DNA from: Christensenellales bacterium
GTDB lineage: Bacteria; Bacillota; Clostridia; Christensenellales; CAZKXV01
Reading direction: 5' to 3'
Assembly (NCBI GenBank): GCA_050952545.1
Contig: JBMNLD010000002.1
Location: 240,705 to 304,704 of the forward strand
DNA: 64,000 nt
The translations under genes and the position numbers were made by a program. Positions 59,711 to 64,000 of the stretch are shown here, piece by piece. The notes under the pieces were generated by a model. It searched no databases, was not told the origin of the DNA, and saw only the letters and a list, made by a program, of their open reading frames with translations. The first letter of the stretch is position 1; each line of letters opens with the position of its first letter.

Positions 59711-60712
59711 TTATTTTAATCCGTTTTCTATCAGCAATCCGGCAATTTGCACCGCGTTTGTAGCGGCGCCTTTTCTGATGTTGTCGGCGACTACCCACAG
59801 GTTGCAGCCGCTCTCGACGCTCTCGTCTATTCTTATCCTGCCTATAAATACCTCGTCTTTGTCCTCGGCGTAAATCGGCATAGGATATTGATTTCTGCTT
59901 ACATCGTCATTTACGATGATGCCTTTCGCGCCTTCAAGACAGGATTTTATACCTTCAAGCGTGCAGGGTTTCTCGAATTCTATATTAATTGACTCCGAAT
60001 GACCGTGAAATACGGGCACTCTGACGCATGTCGCGGTTGCCTTTAACTCCGGCTTGTGAAGAATTTTTCTGGTCTCATTGATCATTTTTAATTCTTCTTT
60101 GGTATAGCCGTTGTCTGTAAAGACATCAATATGCGGCAGAATATTAGCAAAAATCGGGTAGGGGAATTTCTTGGGCGCTTCGCCCTTAATGCCGTCTTCT
60201 AAATCCTTATAGCCCTGAACGCCCGCGCCCGATACCGCCTGATATGTGCTGTAAACAACTCTTTTTATTGTATATTTTAAGTCAAGGGGCTTTAGAGCGA
60301 CAACCGCCTGAATTGTCGAGCAATTGGGATTAGCGATGATACCTTTATTCCATTTGATGTCCTCGGGGTTGCATTCGGGGACGACCAGAGGCACATCCTC
60401 GTGCATTCTCCACTGGCTGCTGTTATCGATAACCGTAGCGCCGTGCTTTACAAATATGGGAGCGTAATCCCTGCTAGTACCGCCGCCCGCCGAGAAAAGC
60501 GCGATATCTACCGGGTATTTCGCAATATTTTCTTCCGTTAACTCAATTACGGTATGGTCTTTTTCCATAAAATTTATTACTTTGCCAGCGCTCTTGCTCG
60601 ATGCGAAAAGGTAATAATTATCGACGGGGAGCTTTCTCTCCGAAAGCACTTTCAAGAACATATTGCCGACCATGCCCGTTGCGCCTACTACCGCGATGTT
60701 TAATTTGCTCAT
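59711..60712 (-). CDS. asd: Aspartate-semialdehyde dehydrogenase
   Basis: MSKLNIAVVGATGMVG with RBS ggaggg 3 nt upstream. The ORF-track 20-codon N-terminal extension is rejected. Confidence 0.9.
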   Translation of the reverse strand: MSKLNIAVVGATGMVGNMFLKVLSERKLPVDNYYLFASSKSAGKVINFMEKDHTVIELTEENIAKYPVDIALFSAGGGTSRDYAPIFVKHGATVIDNSSQWRMHEDVPLVVPECNPEDIKWNKGIIANPNCSTIQAVVALKPLDLKYTIKRVVYSTYQAVSGAGVQGYKDLEDGIKGEAPKKFPYPIFANILPHIDVFTDNGYTKEELKMINETRKILHKPELKATATCVRVPVFHGHSESINIEFEKPCTLEGIKSCLEGAKGIIVNDDVSRNQYPMPIYAEDKDEVFIGRIRIDESVESGCNLWVVADNIRKGAATNAVQIAGLLIENGLK

Positions 60713-60729
60713 AAACCCTCCTGTTGTTA

Positions 60730-60757
60730 TAAAAAAAGCACAATAAGAACTTGTGCT
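60730..60757 (-). terminator. Expression-platform terminator of the lysine riboswitch
   Basis: Minus strand agcacaa-gttctta-ttgtgct plus TTTTTTT. Confidence 0.6.
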
Positions 60758-60794
60758 ACAATTACATTGCATTTCTGCACATAGCTCTTCATCA

Positions 60795-60950
60795 TTATTA
60801 TATGATGACAGTCGGAATGATTTTATCTTATCCGACCAGCTACAGATATCACAAGCTATCTATAACTTCGGCGTCAATACCCTTTCGCGACATCCGCCCT
60901 TGCAAGCGTTACGATACCGTTACTGATGCTTGACGCTCCTCTATTGCAAT
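60795..60950 (-). promoter_or_regulatory. Lysine riboswitch (L-box) aptamer in the asd-dapA-dapB leader
   Basis: Minus strand carries AGAGGAGCG, GCGAAAGGG, CGCCGAAG, CTGG and CTGTCA in L-box order and spacing. Confidence 0.65.
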
Positions 60951-60957
60951 TTTAGTT

Positions 60958-60986
60958 ATAATATCATACGAAAGCGCGTATGTCAA
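60958..60986 (-). promoter_or_regulatory. Promoter TTGACA-17-TATTAT driving the L-box-asd-dapA-dapB transcript
   Basis: Minus-strand TTGACA (60981-60986), 17-nt spacer, TATTAT (60958-60963). Confidence 0.5.
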
Positions 60987-61071
60987 AACTTTTGTACTTA
61001 TTTATTTGATATTTACTACTCTTTAGTGTAAAATATTAGTCCGAAGGCGAAAATAAAAGCGAGGATAAAAT

Positions 61072-62160
61072 ATGCAGAATCCTTATCAATCCAATAAGGA
61101 ACAGAACGCTACCGTAAGACCTGACATGGCGAACGGGAAGCGAAAAGTTAAATTCAATAAAGCCTCTTTACTGTTAAAGCTGACTGTTGACAGGGATTTA
61201 AGGACCAACGAAAAGAAAGAGATTAAGACGGGCAGAATAGCTTATTTTTTCGAGGTGGTGAGAAATAAGTTCAACGAGATGATTAAAGCAGGATTGTTCT
61301 TCCTGTTGTTTATGCTGCCTTTTGTTGCGTTAATTGTTTTTTTAAGACCGTATTTAGTCGCTCAAGCGCTTCTTGAATTCAATTTTACGGATTATATGGG
61401 AATAGGCTATTCGGTATCCGCCGACAGCGTAACGCAAGGCGTAATCGCGACTTACGGCGTATACAAAAAAATATTGCTTCTCTCGTACCCCGCTCTGATT
61501 GTAGCAAGCATAGGCGCGGCGGGTCTTTTTTACTGCTCCAGAGGATTTATGTGGGACGAGCCCGTTATCGTGTACAAGGCGTTTTTCAGAGGAATTAAGA
61601 AGCTGGTAAAATATTTTCTGCCGACATTCGCGGGATTAGGACTAATCGCCGTCGGCGCGGGTTACGGAATTTTATATAATTTGGAGAAAATTCAGAGTAA
61701 CACCGCGGACTTTCTCTCGCATTTTGTGATGGCAATATCCTTTATCGCCGGCTTTCTCGCGATAATGATATCAATATTCCTTATGCCGATGTTCGCGTGC
61801 TATAAGTTCAAATATAAGGACTATCTGAAAAACAGCGTCTTATTGAATATACTTGTAACTCCGCCCACGATTATGTTAGGCGTAGTTTCCGTCGTTCCGT
61901 TCATACTGCTCGGTATATCGGGTCAGTTTCAGATGATATTAATTCTTGTGATATTCCTTATCGGATTTGTCTTTATCGCGATGATGTGGACGGGCTACGC
62001 GCAGAATATTTTCGAGACAATGATTGGCGGTATGTACAGCGCCAGACTCGAAGCCGAAAGGAAAAAAGCCGAAAAGAGCAAAAAGCCTGAAAAACAGGAA
62101 TTTGTCAATCCTAAGAAAAAATACAAGAAAAAAGCTACCGATAAAGGCGCGAATGGTTAA
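61072..62160 (+). CDS. Polytopic membrane protein, YesL/DUF624-like
   Basis: N-terminal soluble region, then ~6 TM helices, then a Lys-rich C-terminus. Family assignment is tentative. Confidence 0.45.
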   Translation: MQNPYQSNKEQNATVRPDMANGKRKVKFNKASLLLKLTVDRDLRTNEKKEIKTGRIAYFFEVVRNKFNEMIKAGLFFLLFMLPFVALIVFLRPYLVAQALLEFNFTDYMGIGYSVSADSVTQGVIATYGVYKKILLLSYPALIVASIGAAGLFYCSRGFMWDEPVIVYKAFFRGIKKLVKYFLPTFAGLGLIAVGAGYGILYNLEKIQSNTADFLSHFVMAISFIAGFLAIMISIFLMPMFACYKFKYKDYLKNSVLLNILVTPPTIMLGVVSVVPFILLGISGQFQMILILVIFLIGFVFIAMMWTGYAQNIFETMIGGMYSARLEAERKKAEKSKKPEKQEFVNPKKKYKKKATDKGANG

Positions 62161-62320
62161 TTCTTACAGCGCGCTTAACTGGATTTATCAGGTATTGAGG
62201 TCGGATATCAGTACGATATGATGTATAATTATATCGTAATTAGAGGCAATTAGATTATTTCAATCGGACGCAATCGCTATAGGCGTTACAAAATAAGGAA
62301 AAATTAAAGCGGATAAATAA

Positions 62321-63202
62321 ATGGACAGGATAGAAAACGCGTTATTATTCAACGGTCAGGCAGAGGTCAGCGTAATTAAGATTAACGATATCTTAAACGA
62401 GCTCATAAAATTGCAGAAGCTCTCCAATACTGCAGCCGCGGCATTGGGGCGCGCTATGACCGCGGGCGCATTTGTCGCGTCTAAACTTAAAAACGCCAAG
62501 GACAAATTCTCGATAACGATTAACGGCGGAGGCCCTCTGGGAAATATTATAGTCGCGGGCCAATACGGCGATTTAGTCAGAGGCTATGTAGAGCATCCTG
62601 AAATCGAGCCGCCGCTAAAAGAAAACGGCAAGCTCGATGTCGGCTTTGCAGTCGGCAATCAGGGCAACATCACCGTGATAAAAGACCTCGGACTAAAAGA
62701 GCCTTATGTCGGCGTCAGCTCTTTGGTAAGCGGCGAAATAGGCGAGGATTTCGCTTACTATTACCTGACCAGCGAGCAACAGCCGACGGCGTTCGCGGCG
62801 GGAGTGCTTATCGAGAACGGCGTATGCGCCGGCGCGGGCGGAGTGGTAATACAGCCAATGCCCGATTGCAAAGACCATATAATAACCGTACTTGAAGACA
62901 TAATGACTAAATTTACGGATATAAGCTCACAGTTAAAGGAACTTGAGCCGATAGACATAATCAACCGCGAATTCTCGCATTTCGAGCACCAAATTCTCGA
63001 GCCTAAATATCCTAAATTTCAATGTATATGCTCCGAGCAGCGTATGGGGAGCATTATAAGAAGTCTTGCTCCCGTCGAGGTCTTCGAAATATTGAAGACG
63101 GACAGAAAAATGGAAATACTGTGCCATTTCTGCAACAAGAAATACCGTTATACGGCTGATGAAGTAATCGCGATAAGAAACGGGAATAAAGATGAAATAT
63201 AA
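62321..63202 (+). CDS. hslO: Redox-regulated chaperone Hsp33
   Basis: N-terminal AAAALGRAMTAG. C-terminal zinc center CICSEQ...CHFCNKKY. Confidence 0.85.
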   Translation: MDRIENALLFNGQAEVSVIKINDILNELIKLQKLSNTAAAALGRAMTAGAFVASKLKNAKDKFSITINGGGPLGNIIVAGQYGDLVRGYVEHPEIEPPLKENGKLDVGFAVGNQGNITVIKDLGLKEPYVGVSSLVSGEIGEDFAYYYLTSEQQPTAFAAGVLIENGVCAGAGGVVIQPMPDCKDHIITVLEDIMTKFTDISSQLKELEPIDIINREFSHFEHQILEPKYPKFQCICSEQRMGSIIRSLAPVEVFEILKTDRKMEILCHFCNKKYRYTADEVIAIRNGNKDEI

Positions 63203-64000
63203 TTTCAAACAAGACGCAAAATTTTATTTTAGCCTCTACGATAAGTACAGAGCCGACAATAATCTGGACAAAGCGGCGGAGTATCTTCTCGAGGCGATAA
63301 AAATAAGCAGAAGTCTGGACCTCAGGGTAGAGCTCGCTTCGTTGTATTCCGAGATGGGACAACTCGATATGAGCAATGAGGAATGTTATTATGTGTTGTC
63401 CAAAGACCATAAAAACAGCGAAATTATTAATATTTTAAGCGCGAACTTCACGGAAAAGAGAAATTACAGGGCTGCTTATTATTATTTCAGCAAAATGGAC
63501 TATTACGGAATTGAGGATATGCCGGATTTAATTCCCGATACTCTTAACAGAGATTTAAATAAATTCGGTTTCAGACTTGCTTGGTCTAACGGCGTTAAGG
63601 ATTGTTCGGACATCAAAGAGGAAGCTGAAATCCACCTTGCGATGAAGAATTACAAGGACGCAATTCGGGCGCTTGAAAGAATTTATCCCAATTCGCCTCA
63701 ATATATATGGGCAAGAAAAATGCTGGTCTTCGGCTATTATATGATTGAAGACTACGAGAGGGCGCTGGAGATTGCAAATGATTTGCTCGAAAAGGCCGAA
63801 AACGATATCTCGATGATGACCGTAGTCTATAATATCCTGACGGAGACAAAACAATTTGACAAAGCGGAAAAAATCATAGAGCGCATAAAAAAAGCTGAAT
63901 GCGCGGATGTAGGGGATGTTCTTAAAGCGGGATATTGTCTTATGTCGTCAAAAAAATATGACGACGCTCTGGCGCTGATAAAAAGAGAATATTCAAATTA
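63192..64000 (+). CDS. TPR-repeat protein, 3'-truncated at the window edge
   Basis: Open frame from ATG 63192 to the window end. The ATG overlaps the hslO stop. Helical repeat composition. Confidence 0.45.
   Translation, partial: MKYNFKQDAKFYFSLYDKYRADNNLDKAAEYLLEAIKISRSLDLRVELASLYSEMGQLDMSNEECYYVLSKDHKNSEIINILSANFTEKRNYRAAYYYFSKMDYYGIEDMPDLIPDTLNRDLNKFGFRLAWSNGVKDCSDIKEEAEIHLAMKNYKDAIRALERIYPNSPQYIWARKMLVFGYYMIEDYERALEIANDLLEKAENDISMMTVVYNILTETKQFDKAEKIIERIKKAECADVGDVLKAGYCLMSSKKYDDALALIKREYSN

Noticed and set aside
60713-60772. 20-codon N-terminal extension of asd (MQCNCSTSSYCAFFITTGGF)
   Set aside because: The extension runs through the riboswitch terminator and RBS. The true start MSKLNIAVVG follows a GGAGGG RBS.

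Overview
This window reads as a Firmicutes chromosome segment from a Clostridia-like spore former, at roughly 45% GC. It carries gpr, yqfC and yqfD, and a Bacillus-like yqfC-yqfD-phoH-pgpH-ybeY-era-yqzL-recO ... dgt-dnaG-sigA-trmK-nif3 synteny block. The first ~37 kb looks accessory and rearranged. It holds a type IV pilus or pseudopilus module: a 5'-truncated giant Gly/Ser/Thr/Asn-repeat protein, two minor pseudopilins, PilD, PilB and a pilin, with no platform gene. Downstream come a four-subunit 2-oxoacid:ferredoxin oxidoreductase, an SdpR/SdpI-like pair and NfeD-FloA. A repeat hotspot follows, with an exact 2x316-bp tandem duplication, a duplicated terminator module and three further pilin paralogs. 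Next are malQ, then a cluster of Sfp-like PPTase, poly-acidic anchored protein, acyl carrier protein and a 1533-aa RND permease with Ca-loop-like acidic repeats. After that come nadE, an XRE regulator, tRNA-Pro(GGG), an NHL/SH3b surface protein, an unusual RNAP alphaCTD-like-WG-repeat fusion, rpsT-gpr-murI, NfeD-FloT, an EF-G paralog flanked by inverted copies of a dispersed structured motif, a leaderless patatin gene, an EIIC-like membrane protein with an amidohydrolase, and pepF. The last ~23 kb is housekeeping: dnaB, the yqf block, ppdK, dgt-dnaG-sigA-trmK-nif3-zinc ribbon, a lysine-riboswitch-controlled asd-dapA-dapB operon in which DapB is fused to aspartokinase-type ACT domains, hslO and a partial TPR gene. 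I found no CRISPR arrays, rRNA genes, integrases or transposases. The most interesting unexplained signals are a family of dispersed intergenic structured motifs with compensatory hairpin changes, the GTTCCGC hairpin family at stop codons, and the PPTase-ACP-giant RND cluster.
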